From: Bacteroidales bacterium
Lineage (GTDB): Bacteria; Bacteroidota; Bacteroidia; Bacteroidales; JBKEBB01
Length of the DNA stretch: 39,398 bases
Assembly: GCA_047972845.1 (NCBI GenBank)
Contig: JBKEBB010000286.1
Span: 1 to 39,398, forward strand
Reading direction: 5' to 3'
The notes beneath the pieces are model-generated. The model was not told where the DNA came from. It saw only the letters and a program-made list of their open reading frames with translations, and made no database searches. The position numbers and the translations under genes are program-made. Numbering within the stretch: position 1 is the first letter of the stretch; each line of letters starts with the position of its first letter. Shown in pieces: positions 16,667-25,449 of the stretch.

Positions 16667-19336
16667 TTAAAGGGAGAACCAATAGTTCACTTTGAGCATA
16701 AACGTGTCATAGGATGGGAGTGTAAACATTCTGTCCAGATTGCCACCCCAACCTTCCCTATAATAATTGTCACGGTTGCTCATATGGTGTTCCCACACAA
16801 AATAGAGCGTTGACCCACGAATATATTCCCATCTTAACACCAGATTAGATCTAAACTCATTAAAACTGAAGCCGGGATTGTGGAATCTATATAAAGGCCC
16901 TGTACCCTTTCTTACACTGTAAAGTCCATCAGTGATCGAAACTTCTTCTGGCAGGAAGGTGTAGAATCTCTCTTCCTTCTTGTGAGAAAGAGGATCAACG
17001 GCCTGTTTCAGCTCAGTAAAACGTCCTACCGAGGTAAATGGCGCAGCGTAAAGTTGGATAGAGAGATCGGGCGTAATGTTTGCCTGAACTTTCATGGTCA
17101 CACCATAAGTTTCCTGTTGGATATTTCCGGCAAAATAATTAGGCCCGGCGGTAGATGTCTCGCCTATCATTGCGAGCGGATAGGCAGTTGCCACATATTG
17201 ATGAATAGTATGCCCATTGTAATAATTAAACTGCCCTGAGAAATGGAGATGCGATCCTACACGCATCGCTATTCCGGGAGTAAGGGTAAATCCGGTGAAT
17301 TGATTGGTAGCGCTGATGTCTGCAATTCCGTTGAATGTAAACATAAATCGCTTCGCTTTATCTGTATTAAACTTAAACGTCGATGTAAGCCAAGGATCAA
17401 AAAAGATATCGGGACCACCTCTCAGCATCCGACTGTCCACGGAGTTCCAACCAAACACATTTTTGAAATCCCACTCCATACGGGAAAGGTTCATCGCCTC
17501 CCACCGCAATGTCAGATCACTTCCCACATAACGTCCACCATAATTCCACTTATTGCTCTGCATAAGGGTGAAGGTTAGAGATCGAAATTTCTTATAGATA
17601 TCGGTTTGACGGAAAGCAACTTCGGTTTCATTGCGCAGGTTGTCTGTTTCACGCAGATACCCGATGTCGTTCAAATCAAATCCGGGCGAAGACCAATTGA
17701 AGGTTTCGCTGAATGTCCAACGGGCATTGCCTCTTTTTCCAAATTTAAAATATCCCCCACTACCATTGAGAGAGGTTCGGTTGGGATCGACCCGAAGATA
17801 ATCCTGCGACGACTCACGCTGATAGTAGTGGACTGCCGAACGTTGAAGAGCGGCGATCGCCTCTTTTGTTCCATTCAACGAACTGAACATCGCCTTGGCA
17901 TCAATATAGTACAATCGATTGGAAAAGTATTGGGTGAAATCGATTCCTCCGGTGAAGGCATTTCTCACCAAGGCTTTTTCGAGATACGGTTCGGTCAACG
18001 CACGATTCACACTGGTGATCATTCCTCCCAGCAGAGTATTTCCCTTCCAATTCTTCTGCACCCGTGCCACTGTATAGTTAGTCAGAGGCTCGACCACCTC
18101 TTCTGCCTCGGTTCCGCTTCTCATTGTACGAACTACCGAACGAGCCGTAACACTCTGCACGGCACCAATGGTTACTCCATGGCTATTGGTTCCGGTGAGC
18201 TTTACCGCTCCGATAATGGGAACATTGTCCGCCTTCTCCGCGAAGGAGTTTACGTTGTCAATCCCACTGGGAGATAATTGGGGAGCCGCTCCAATGCGGC
18301 GGGAATAAAACATCATATCTGTTCCCTTCTTGAAATCGGTGATGTGTTTTCCTTCGAGGAAGAAGGGGCGTTTCTCGTCGTAGAAAGTTTCATAGGCGGA
18401 AAGATTCATTACAGAGGGGTCGAGCTCCACTTGCCCGAAGTCGGGATTAACGGTCAAATCGAGCGTGTAATCCCTCAATGAGGCTTTCGCGTCGATACCA
18501 ATGTTTCCTTTCCAACTGCTCCCTGTCTGGTAAGGACTTCCCTCAATCCGGGGTTCGCGCCTATGTTTTCCCAAAACATAGGGTAAGAACTCGATTCCCT
18601 TAGGCTTGGGCAGATCCTTCAGTCCATGCAATTCGCCGAACGAAAAGACATGTCCGTTGTTTTTCAACGGAATCATACTCCAGTTTTGCACTTCGTTGTT
18701 GTTTCGGATCAACCTACGGACATGGAGCCCCCACACTCCGTCCGTTTTGTTGTGATTATATCTCAACTGGCTGAAGGGTATTCGCATTTCGACTGTCCAA
18801 AGCGAGTCCTTTTCACTGATATGAGTCCGTCCCTCCCACACCACATTCCAACTCAAGTTGACATCCTTGGAGTCGGTCACAATGAGATCGGTCTTGTTAC
18901 CTCCGGCATTGATATTAAACTCGGGAGCGGCGCGAAAGTCGTGATAGGTGTCGAAGGCAATACTGATAATATCTCCTATGGAGTTGTCGTCTCGATTGCC
19001 GATAAATCGATTCACCGTGCGGGGGTTCTTATCTTTACATTTCACTCCCACGTAAATGTATTTGTCGTCATATGTGAGTTTCACATAGGTAGGCGATTCG
19101 GAGGGGGCACGTTCGTAGGGTACAATCTGCACAAAGGAATCGCTCCAACCTTCGTCCGCCATCCAAATGGAATCGTTTAGTTTTCCATCCACGATAGGAA
19201 CTTTCCCTTCCAATCGTTGAATGGTATAGACACGTTTGTAGGCCTCGTCCATGGTGAGCAGGGTGTCCTGACGGGCAAACACGACAGAGGAGACAGAAAG
19301 AAGTATGATTATTAATAATCCGGATTGCTTGTTCAT
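16667..19336 (-). CDS. Large secreted/outer-membrane protein with a CBM9-like N-terminal domain and a DUF5916-like remainder
   Basis: Signal peptide MNKQSGLLIIILLSVSSVVFA. A DGKLNDSIW...YIYVGVKC block typical of CBM9-like domains. Long beta-rich C-terminal region. Family names are from memory. Confidence 0.65.
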   Translation of the reverse strand: MNKQSGLLIIILLSVSSVVFARQDTLLTMDEAYKRVYTIQRLEGKVPIVDGKLNDSIWMADEGWSDSFVQIVPYERAPSESPTYVKLTYDDKYIYVGVKCKDKNPRTVNRFIGNRDDNSIGDIISIAFDTYHDFRAAPEFNINAGGNKTDLIVTDSKDVNLSWNVVWEGRTHISEKDSLWTVEMRIPFSQLRYNHNKTDGVWGLHVRRLIRNNNEVQNWSMIPLKNNGHVFSFGELHGLKDLPKPKGIEFLPYVLGKHRREPRIEGSPYQTGSSWKGNIGIDAKASLRDYTLDLTVNPDFGQVELDPSVMNLSAYETFYDEKRPFFLEGKHITDFKKGTDMMFYSRRIGAAPQLSPSGIDNVNSFAEKADNVPIIGAVKLTGTNSHGVTIGAVQSVTARSVVRTMRSGTEAEEVVEPLTNYTVARVQKNWKGNTLLGGMITSVNRALTEPYLEKALVRNAFTGGIDFTQYFSNRLYYIDAKAMFSSLNGTKEAIAALQRSAVHYYQRESSQDYLRVDPNRTSLNGSGGYFKFGKRGNARWTFSETFNWSSPGFDLNDIGYLRETDNLRNETEVAFRQTDIYKKFRSLTFTLMQSNKWNYGGRYVGSDLTLRWEAMNLSRMEWDFKNVFGWNSVDSRMLRGGPDIFFDPWLTSTFKFNTDKAKRFMFTFNGIADISATNQFTGFTLTPGIAMRVGSHLHFSGQFNYYNGHTIHQYVATAYPLAMIGETSTAGPNYFAGNIQQETYGVTMKVQANITPDLSIQLYAAPFTSVGRFTELKQAVDPLSHKKEERFYTFLPEEVSITDGLYSVRKGTGPLYRFHNPGFSFNEFRSNLVLRWEYIRGSTLYFVWEHHMSNRDNYYREGWGGNLDRMFTLPSYDTFMLKVNYWFSL

Positions 19337-19454
19337 GGTTAAAATGGTAGTGGTGGTGGAATATGGGCTCGTGGCAATAGCCGAATGAGCTCAGGAATAG
19401 ACGCTGACTGTTTATCCGCATTTTACTCAAGAAGAAGAGACAAGAGATATCTGA

Positions 19455-20021
19455 TCAGAATTCATATCCAAGTCGAATGTTTAGAGTGTAATTTGAAGCA
19501 GTCCAGGGACTAACGGAAGAACTGCTCTTCGGTCTATATCGAAGGGTATTTGACTCGAAAGCAAGCCCGATGGAGAAAGATCTATTGGCATCGATACGAA
19601 ATTTGGCACCCAAACCGGGCGACCACATAAAGCCTCCCTTCATATCCACAACGGTGGGTTGGTCGAATCGAGCAACCGTTTTCTCACTCCACCCCAGATT
19701 ATATCCTATCTTGGCATCAACAAACGGAATAACCCTTCCGGAGCGCAGCATGTTGACGGTGATATGTCCGAAAAGAGGAATTTGGGCAACGTTATAAGGA
19801 CTGCTCGAGGCATATTGCAAATAGCCGACACCAACGCCCATAAACAGATACGGGTTGAGATGCCATCCGGGCATGGCGCGGAGAGAAAGAACGGGAGAAT
19901 CGGAATCTGTCACAGTAACTCCGTATCCCAATTCCGCTCGGAAGCCGAATCCTGAATTAGGTTGAGCCTTCGCCACACTGACAACAAGGAGAAGCAACAA
20001 AATAATTGCACACTTTTTCAT
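19455..20021 (-). CDS. Small outer-membrane beta-barrel protein (porin-family/OmpW-like)
   Basis: The start at 20021 gives the signal peptide MKKCAIILLLLLVVSVAKA. Alternating beta-strand pattern with a terminal ...RLGYEF (C-terminal Phe). The ORF-track start at 20159 adds 46 non-signal residues. Confidence 0.7.
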   Translation of the reverse strand: MKKCAIILLLLLVVSVAKAQPNSGFGFRAELGYGVTVTDSDSPVLSLRAMPGWHLNPYLFMGVGVGYLQYASSSPYNVAQIPLFGHITVNMLRSGRVIPFVDAKIGYNLGWSEKTVARFDQPTVVDMKGGFMWSPGLGAKFRIDANRSFSIGLAFESNTLRYRPKSSSSVSPWTASNYTLNIRLGYEF

Positions 20022-20095
20022 GGAAATCTCTATTAACGTCAGAGAAAAGGAAAAGAGACAAATGAGGAGTATCATCCAACCCCCTCTTCTATTTA

Positions 20096-20103
20096 CAAAA
20101 GTA
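20096..20103 (-). promoter_or_regulatory. -7 promoter box TActTTTG (minus strand) for the beta-barrel gene
   Basis: Plus-strand CAAAAGTA is the reverse complement of TACTTTTG. It lies about 75 nt upstream of the ATG at 20021. Confidence 0.4.
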
Positions 20104-20375
20104 CACGACTTTTCGAAAAATACATCACTGGGGAGCAAAAAGGTAGAAAAACGAACCATTCTGTGCTGAATTGGGTTTTAAACAGTAGCCTCGATGGTAT
20201 AATTACAACTAAAAAGAGGCTCCTAACCATCGGATTAATAGAGGCTGAAGGTACAGATTTGAAACGAAATCACTACCTTTACGCCCTGATTTTCCACCTT
20301 ATCGAGAAGAAAAGAGTGGGGCTGAGTACGGAGAATCTTTTTCACGAGTTGATACTCATTCAATATCTCTATTCT

Positions 20376-21173
20376 ATGAACCGAATTCGAATACACGCAA
20401 TCATTCTGCTCTTTTCTCTTGTTTTCGTTGTTCCCTTTTATTTTACGGCAGTCAACGCGGCCGATCCGATCACTTCGGTACGGACGAAAGAGGCTGACGC
20501 GCTGCGGATTCTGTTGTATAACGTTCGCAATTGTAGAGGAATGGATGATGTGATCGATTATGATCGGGTAGCGAAAGTGATCAATACCATCGCGCCGGAT
20601 GTTGTCTCCCTTCAAGAGCTCGATAGTATGACTGTAAGAAGTAATGGCGAAGTGGTGCTCAAAAACCTTGGGTTGCGCACCATGATGTTTTATACCTATG
20701 CCGCCGCTATTGAGTTTCAGAGTGGGAAATATGGAATAGGGATTTTATCCAAAGAACGACCGCTGGGTTTCCGTTCGATTCCCCTTCCGGGACGAGAGGA
20801 GCCGAGAGTATTGCTCATTGTTGAGTTTCAAAACTATTTTCTTGCCGGATGTCATCTCTCACTCACCCCCGAAGATCGCGTTCTCTCTTCTGAGATAATC
20901 AGCAATGAATTAAAAGATCTTTCTAAACCGGTCTTTTTAACCGGAGATATGAATTCGATCCCTTCATCGGAGACCCAGGTCAATCTCAGAAAAACCTTCA
21001 CCACGCTTAACGACACCGCTGTCGCGACCATTCCGGTTGTGAACCCAAATCGGTGCATTGACTATATTTATACCCGTAAGATTGACTCGTCGTGTGTGGT
21101 TCTTCGTCGACAGGTGATCGACGAGCAGATGGCTTCCGATCACCTTCCGGTATATGTGGATGTGAAATTTTGA
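20376..21173 (+). CDS. Secreted endonuclease/exonuclease/phosphatase (EEP) family protein
   Basis: The ATG at 20376 gives the signal sequence MNRIRIHAIILLFSLVFVVPFYFTAVNA. LQELD and GDMNS blocks are present. The terminal SDHLPVYVDV is typical of EEP enzymes. Confidence 0.75.
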   Translation: MNRIRIHAIILLFSLVFVVPFYFTAVNAADPITSVRTKEADALRILLYNVRNCRGMDDVIDYDRVAKVINTIAPDVVSLQELDSMTVRSNGEVVLKNLGLRTMMFYTYAAAIEFQSGKYGIGILSKERPLGFRSIPLPGREEPRVLLIVEFQNYFLAGCHLSLTPEDRVLSSEIISNELKDLSKPVFLTGDMNSIPSSETQVNLRKTFTTLNDTAVATIPVVNPNRCIDYIYTRKIDSSCVVLRRQVIDEQMASDHLPVYVDVKF

Positions 21174-21253
21174 AACCTCGGACAGGAAGAACGTAGCTGA
21201 ATACACTGCTTGTCAAACCATAAACCAATTCACTAACCAGTAAATAGAACACT

Positions 21254-22390
21254 ATGCAATATTTATTCTCTGTATGTTTTGCGCTCCTTCTTCTGTTTAC
21301 ACAGTGCGCTCCCATGCCCGAAAAGAAGGGAAACTTGCCTCAAACCTATTCCACTTCCAACACCTATGATCCGGTTTTAATTACTCCACCAACAGGCAAA
21401 CCGGTGAAAAACGTAGTTCTCATGATCGGAGACGGAATGAGTCTGATGCACGCTTACACCGCATGGGTTGCCAACAAAGGGCGTTCGAACCTCGAAAAAT
21501 GTCAAGCGGTAGGACTATCAAAAACCTATTGTCTGGATCGACTGATCACCGACTCTGGAGCCGGAGGAACAGCCATGGCAACCGGACAAAAAGCGAAATA
21601 CCACACTGTGAGCGTCGATACGCTTGGAAACCCATTGCCAACCATTATGGACTATGCGGCACAACGGGGACTATCGACCGGAGTGGTTGTTACATGCCGA
21701 CTCTATGATGCTACTCCCGCGGCATTCTGCGCGCACAATATCGACCGAGACAACAGCGAAATGATTTCGTCTGATTTTGTGACCAGTGGCGTCGATTTTA
21801 TCTTTGGGGGAGGAAGTAAGGCTTTTGAACAACGCTCCGACAATAGAAACCTATTTAACGAAATGCGCGACAAGGGCTATCAGATTGCCCGATCGTGGGA
21901 AGAGGTGGCCTCATTCGAGACAGGTAAACTATTGGCTGTGGTGGATAGCTTCGACCTGCCCAAACCAGCTGAAAGAGGAGACATCTTAGCTCGTGCTTCA
22001 CTTAAAGCGCTGGAATCACTCAATAAAAATCCAAACGGATTTGTGCTGATGATCGAAGGTTCACAACTCGACGATTATGGCCATTCAAACGACCTTCCTT
22101 TGTTGATGGAGGAGGTGATGGACTTTGATCGTACGGTGGGCGCAGTGTTCGACTGGGCGGCACAGAACGGAGAAACACTGGTGGTAGTCACTGCCGATCA
22201 TGAAACAGGAGGTCTTACCCTGATCGACGGCAATCTCGAAAAAGGAGAGGTGGTAGGTACGTTTTCAACCACAGGTCACAGTGGAGTGATGGTTCCGGTC
22301 TATTCATTTGGACCTGGAGCCGATCTGTTTACAGGGATCTTTGAGAACACCGATATTTTCCATAAAATCAAATCATTATTAAATCTGTAA
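21254..22390 (+). CDS. Alkaline phosphatase (PhoA-type) lipoprotein
   Basis: Lipobox LLLFTQC. DGMS, active-site TDSGAGGTAMATG, DHETGG and GHSGVMVP motifs. Confidence 0.85.
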   Translation: MQYLFSVCFALLLLFTQCAPMPEKKGNLPQTYSTSNTYDPVLITPPTGKPVKNVVLMIGDGMSLMHAYTAWVANKGRSNLEKCQAVGLSKTYCLDRLITDSGAGGTAMATGQKAKYHTVSVDTLGNPLPTIMDYAAQRGLSTGVVVTCRLYDATPAAFCAHNIDRDNSEMISSDFVTSGVDFIFGGGSKAFEQRSDNRNLFNEMRDKGYQIARSWEEVASFETGKLLAVVDSFDLPKPAERGDILARASLKALESLNKNPNGFVLMIEGSQLDDYGHSNDLPLLMEEVMDFDRTVGAVFDWAAQNGETLVVVTADHETGGLTLIDGNLEKGEVVGTFSTTGHSGVMVPVYSFGPGADLFTGIFENTDIFHKIKSLLNL

Positions 22391-22438
22391 TCGGAATCTT
22401 GATTTCCCGATTATGATACATACAAAACAAACTCTATC

Positions 22439-23320
22439 ATGCGTTTATCCAAACTATCCATCTCTCTCTCCATTCTAATCGTACTAACCATTCTTAACGC
22501 CGAAGCAAAAATTCCTCTCTGGAAGGTATCAGGGAAGGGATTATCAAAACCCTCCTATATATTCGGAGCAAGTGCCCTACACTCTGCCGAATTATTACAT
22601 GAAGTGGATGGATTGCAACGGGTGTTTAATTCATCGGAAGTATTGATACTCGAATCAAACAACACGCCAACCGACTTTGTCTCCAAGATCCGCACTTACG
22701 GATTGATGAAAGATCAGCGAATTAAGAATCTGTTTACCGAGGAGGACTATAAGAAAGTGGATAAAGAGGTGAGAGGAGCCATTACAATCGGGCTATTCTT
22801 TCTTGGTGGAGTGAAACCGGCGGCATTGAGCATGATTATCTGTTCCGCTTGGCAGAAGGATGTGATGGGAGGGAAAAAAGAGGAGTTTCTAAACAAAACA
22901 CTTATCAATAACGCGAAGAAGAGCCATAAGGAGGTTATCGCGCTGGAATCGGTGGAAGAGCAAATGGACATGATGCTCAATGGCGGAACAATGGAGGAGC
23001 AGGCAGAGATACTCCGCCGACTTGTGAATCAAAAACAGACCATGCTCGACATGTATCGAAAGGGAAAAGAGGCCTATGCGAAAGGTGATTTCGAAACAAT
23101 GGGTAATCTGGGACGACAATTCCCACTCCCCTATTCGTTGACAGCCGCCGAACTTGATAAAATGATCTTCGGACGTAATCACAAATGGATCAAAAAGATC
23201 GAACCTAAAATGAAAGCAAAAAGTTGCCTAATCATTATCAACCCCGCTCAATTGGTCTTCGACGAGGGAATGCTTTCACTCCTTAGAAAAGCCGGATACA
23301 CGGTCGAACTAGCCCATTGA
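22439..23320 (+). CDS. TraB/GumN family protein
   Basis: Signal peptide followed by LWKVSGKGLSKPSYIFGASALH, the N-terminal block typical of TraB/GumN proteins. 293 aa. Confidence 0.65.
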   Translation: MRLSKLSISLSILIVLTILNAEAKIPLWKVSGKGLSKPSYIFGASALHSAELLHEVDGLQRVFNSSEVLILESNNTPTDFVSKIRTYGLMKDQRIKNLFTEEDYKKVDKEVRGAITIGLFFLGGVKPAALSMIICSAWQKDVMGGKKEEFLNKTLINNAKKSHKEVIALESVEEQMDMMLNGGTMEEQAEILRRLVNQKQTMLDMYRKGKEAYAKGDFETMGNLGRQFPLPYSLTAAELDKMIFGRNHKWIKKIEPKMKAKSCLIIINPAQLVFDEGMLSLLRKAGYTVELAH

Positions 23321-23340
23321 TATTGTGTCCGGTCAAGTAT

Positions 23341-24306
23341 CTATACAAAATTGAAGAGATAACCCGTGAGGATTATTAAAAAGGCAATAAGGGAAAAATA
23401 GATCCCTATCAGCTTCCATTTCATAATCTTCTTGAGCATCATCGCTTCAGGAAAAGAAAGACCCACCACAGCCATCATAAAGGCAATGGCAGTACCCAAG
23501 GAGACCCCTTTGGATACTAATACTTGTATAACCGGAATAATTCCGGCAACTCCCGCATGTACCGGAATGGCAAGAAGTACGGCCAACGGAATTTCATACC
23601 AACGATTGGACGAAAGGTATGTTTCAAAAAAATTCTCCGGCAAATATCCATGCATACATGCTCCGATTGCGACTCCTATCACAACATATACAAAAATCCC
23701 ACGAAGGATGGTCCAGGCCTCAGCTGCTATTCGCGGCACTCTTTTCAAAAATGAGGTATGGTCTGAAGTCCATCTTTCAGCTTCTGTATCCGATTGTTGT
23801 TGAATCTGACATATCCAGTCGCTCAAGTAACGTTCCAATCGGAATTTAGATAGAATCCATCCTCCGACAACTCCCAAAAAAATTCCGCTAACGACATAAA
23901 CTACCGTTATCTTCGTTCCGAACGTGGTTAACATCATTGCAACGGCAATCTCATTAATTAGTGGAGAGGTGATTAGGAAAGAAAAGGTCACTCCTAACGG
24001 AATACCTCCTTTTACAAATCCGATAAACAGAGGAATTGAGGAACAACTGCAAAACGGAGTAACTGCGCCAAACAGTGAGGCAAACAAGTATTGACTTCCA
24101 TACAACTTGCGGGACGACAGAATTCTCTGCAATCTCTCCACCGGGAAATAGGCATTGACAATGCCCATCAGGAAACTGATAAGCAGTAAACCAAACGAAA
24201 TATTTATTATGGCAAAGAGAAAATAATGGATAGATTCACCCAAACGGCTTCCCCCTTCAAGTTCTAAAACAATATGCGCAATCCATCCTGCAAAACGGTA
24301 TATCAT
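23341..24306 (-). CDS. arsP: ArsP-type permease (PF03773 family; organoarsenical efflux permease candidate)
   Basis: 321-aa polytopic protein carrying the vicinal-cysteine motif TPFCSCSSIP characteristic of ArsP. It is the last gene of an arsR-led operon, with 5-nt and 2-nt intergenic gaps upstream. Confidence 0.7.
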   Translation of the reverse strand: MIYRFAGWIAHIVLELEGGSRLGESIHYFLFAIINISFGLLLISFLMGIVNAYFPVERLQRILSSRKLYGSQYLFASLFGAVTPFCSCSSIPLFIGFVKGGIPLGVTFSFLITSPLINEIAVAMMLTTFGTKITVVYVVSGIFLGVVGGWILSKFRLERYLSDWICQIQQQSDTEAERWTSDHTSFLKRVPRIAAEAWTILRGIFVYVVIGVAIGACMHGYLPENFFETYLSSNRWYEIPLAVLLAIPVHAGVAGIIPVIQVLVSKGVSLGTAIAFMMAVVGLSFPEAMMLKKIMKWKLIGIYFSLIAFLIILTGYLFNFV

Positions 24307-24311
24307 ACTCC

Positions 24312-24776
24312 TTACTCACATTTACAAAAACTGTTTGCTCCGCACGGACAACTCTCGCTTCCCTTTACTTCGACAATAAGAAATCGATACAATTGTTCAC
24401 CTATATCATCTCTCACTCTTATATATTCAGATTCAACGAAAGCCTCAGTACCCTCTATACATGACAGATCGTCAAAGTCAAAATCTACTCTTTGCTTTAC
24501 TTTTCCTAAAAACGTAGGAGACGATTTTCTGGCTTCTTCACATAGAGTTACAACATAGTCCCACTCTTCATTCAAGTATTTATCAATACAGTTCTGAGAT
24601 TGTTGACTAATATCAATTCCTTTCAACGACATCACTCTGACGGCATTTTCATTCATAGGGATCTCAATCTTTGTTCCGGCCGAATAGACTCTCAAATAGG
24701 GATCGAACGACTGTAAGTAGCCTTGGGCCATTTGACTTCTGCAACTGTTTCCGGTACTAAAGATCAACACTTTCAT
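24312..24776 (-). CDS. LMW-PTP-fold ArsC-like protein with atypical active site and a Cys-rich C-terminal tail
   Basis: The N-terminus MKVLIFSTGNSCRSQMAQG aligns to the ArsC/LMW-PTP P-loop CTGNSCRS, but position 1 is Ser (codon AGT). VVTLCEEARKSSP stands in place of VVTLC...KCP. FDFDD is conserved. The tail is SCPCGANSFCKCE. Confidence 0.7.
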   Translation of the reverse strand: MKVLIFSTGNSCRSQMAQGYLQSFDPYLRVYSAGTKIEIPMNENAVRVMSLKGIDISQQSQNCIDKYLNEEWDYVVTLCEEARKSSPTFLGKVKQRVDFDFDDLSCIEGTEAFVESEYIRVRDDIGEQLYRFLIVEVKGSESCPCGANSFCKCE

Positions 24777-24778
24777 TC

Positions 24779-25027
24779 CTACCGGCTTTTTTCAATCAAC
24801 TGCTTCACCTCTTCCACTCTGATCCCTTTCCCTTTAGCCACCACCCGCTCATTAATTACCAGTGCCGGCAAAAGCATTGTGTTGAACGTCATAATCTCGC
24901 CAATATCTTCTACCTTCAAAAGAACCGCCTCTACACCCATCTCTTCCACAGATTGTTTTACCACATCAAAAAGAGATTTACATGCGGAGCATCCGGTTCC
25001 TAATACTTTAATTGTCATTCTAGGCAT
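24779..25027 (-). CDS. Thioredoxin-fold redox-active disulfide protein (TM0996/MTH895-like)
   Basis: 82 aa. (M)TIKVLGTGCSACKSL contains a CxxC motif. The true start may be the second Met at 25018. Confidence 0.75.
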   Translation of the reverse strand: MPRMTIKVLGTGCSACKSLFDVVKQSVEEMGVEAVLLKVEDIGEIMTFNTMLLPALVINERVVAKGKGIRVEEVKQLIEKSR

Positions 25028-25050
25028 ATTGGTTTGCTATCGGTTTTAAT

Positions 25051-25083
25051 GATGAAGAAAAGTGTCCCGGATTAGGAAACACT
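25051..25083 (-). terminator. Hairpin plus U-tract between arsR and the downstream ars genes (possible internal attenuator)
   Basis: The minus strand reads AGTGTTTCC-TAATCC-GGGACACT-TTTCTTCATC: an 8-bp stem including two G-U pairs, followed by a T-rich run. It lies 36 nt after the arsR stop. Confidence 0.4.
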
Positions 25084-25118
25084 CGATTTGTAAGAATAGG
25101 ATAGAGAGAAAAAGAGAA

Positions 25119-25433
25119 CTACTTACAACACGATTCGTTATCAGAAACACTGTTAAAAAAATCGGCAAGCATTCGGCGTGCCAACTCCCAATTCTCCCGA
25201 TGGATACAATATTTCACCTTGGGGGGGTCGATCTCTCCTTGAATAAGTCCGGCCGCTTTCAACTCCTTCAGATGTTGAGAGACGGTTGCCTTAGCAATAG
25301 GCAATACCTCATGAATAGCCCCGAAAAAGCAACTCTCTTGCGAAGCCAGATAATCGAGTATCGCCACCCGGGCGGGATGTCCCATCGCTTTGGCGAAACG
25401 GGCCAGTTGTTCTTGTGTTTGAGTATATTTCAT
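25119..25433 (-). CDS. arsR: ArsR/SmtB family metalloregulator
   Basis: 104 aa. [11 protein letters not shown] and [16 protein letters not shown] form a winged-HTH. Cys residues sit in SQESCFFG and in the C-terminal ESCCK. Confidence 0.85.
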   Translation of the reverse strand: MKYTQTQEQLARFAKAMGHPARVAILDYLASQESCFFGAIHEVLPIAKATVSQHLKELKAAGLIQGEIDPPKVKYCIHRENWELARRMLADFFNSVSDNESCCK

Positions 25434-25441
25434 ACGTATTG

Positions 25442-25449
25442 CAAAGATA
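25442..25449 (-). promoter_or_regulatory. -7 promoter box TAtcTTTG (minus strand) for arsR
   Basis: Plus-strand CAAAGATA is the reverse complement of TATCTTTG. It ends only 8 nt upstream of the arsR ATG at 25433. Confidence 0.5.

Noticed and set aside
16982-19180. Plus-strand ORFs 16982..17239, 17243..17578, 17606..18277 (223 aa), 18278..18481 and 18626..19180 (184 aa).
   Set aside because: All lie antisense within the 889-aa minus-strand gene, which has a signal peptide and a coherent domain pattern. The plus-strand translations have no motifs.
20188-20246. Imperfect inverted repeat AGCCTCGATGGT ... ACCATCG-(8 nt)-GAGGCT, with an extra GAGGCT copy, in the divergent promoter region. I considered it as an invertible-promoter or tRNA-like element.
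   Set aside because: The arms are short, interrupted and only about 30 bp apart. No recombinase gene is nearby, and there is no cloverleaf. This is not enough to support an inverton or an RNA gene.
20163-20375. Long N-terminal extensions implied by ORF-track starts: 20163 for the EEP gene, and likewise 15155, 7057, 7619, 33111, 34547, 26480, 25604, 4840 and 20159(-).
   Set aside because: The extensions use TTG or GTG starts or overlap the preceding gene. They lack signal-peptide character, whereas an internal ATG gives a canonical N-terminus (signal peptide, Rossmann loop, P-loop or PP-loop). The starts were moved accordingly.
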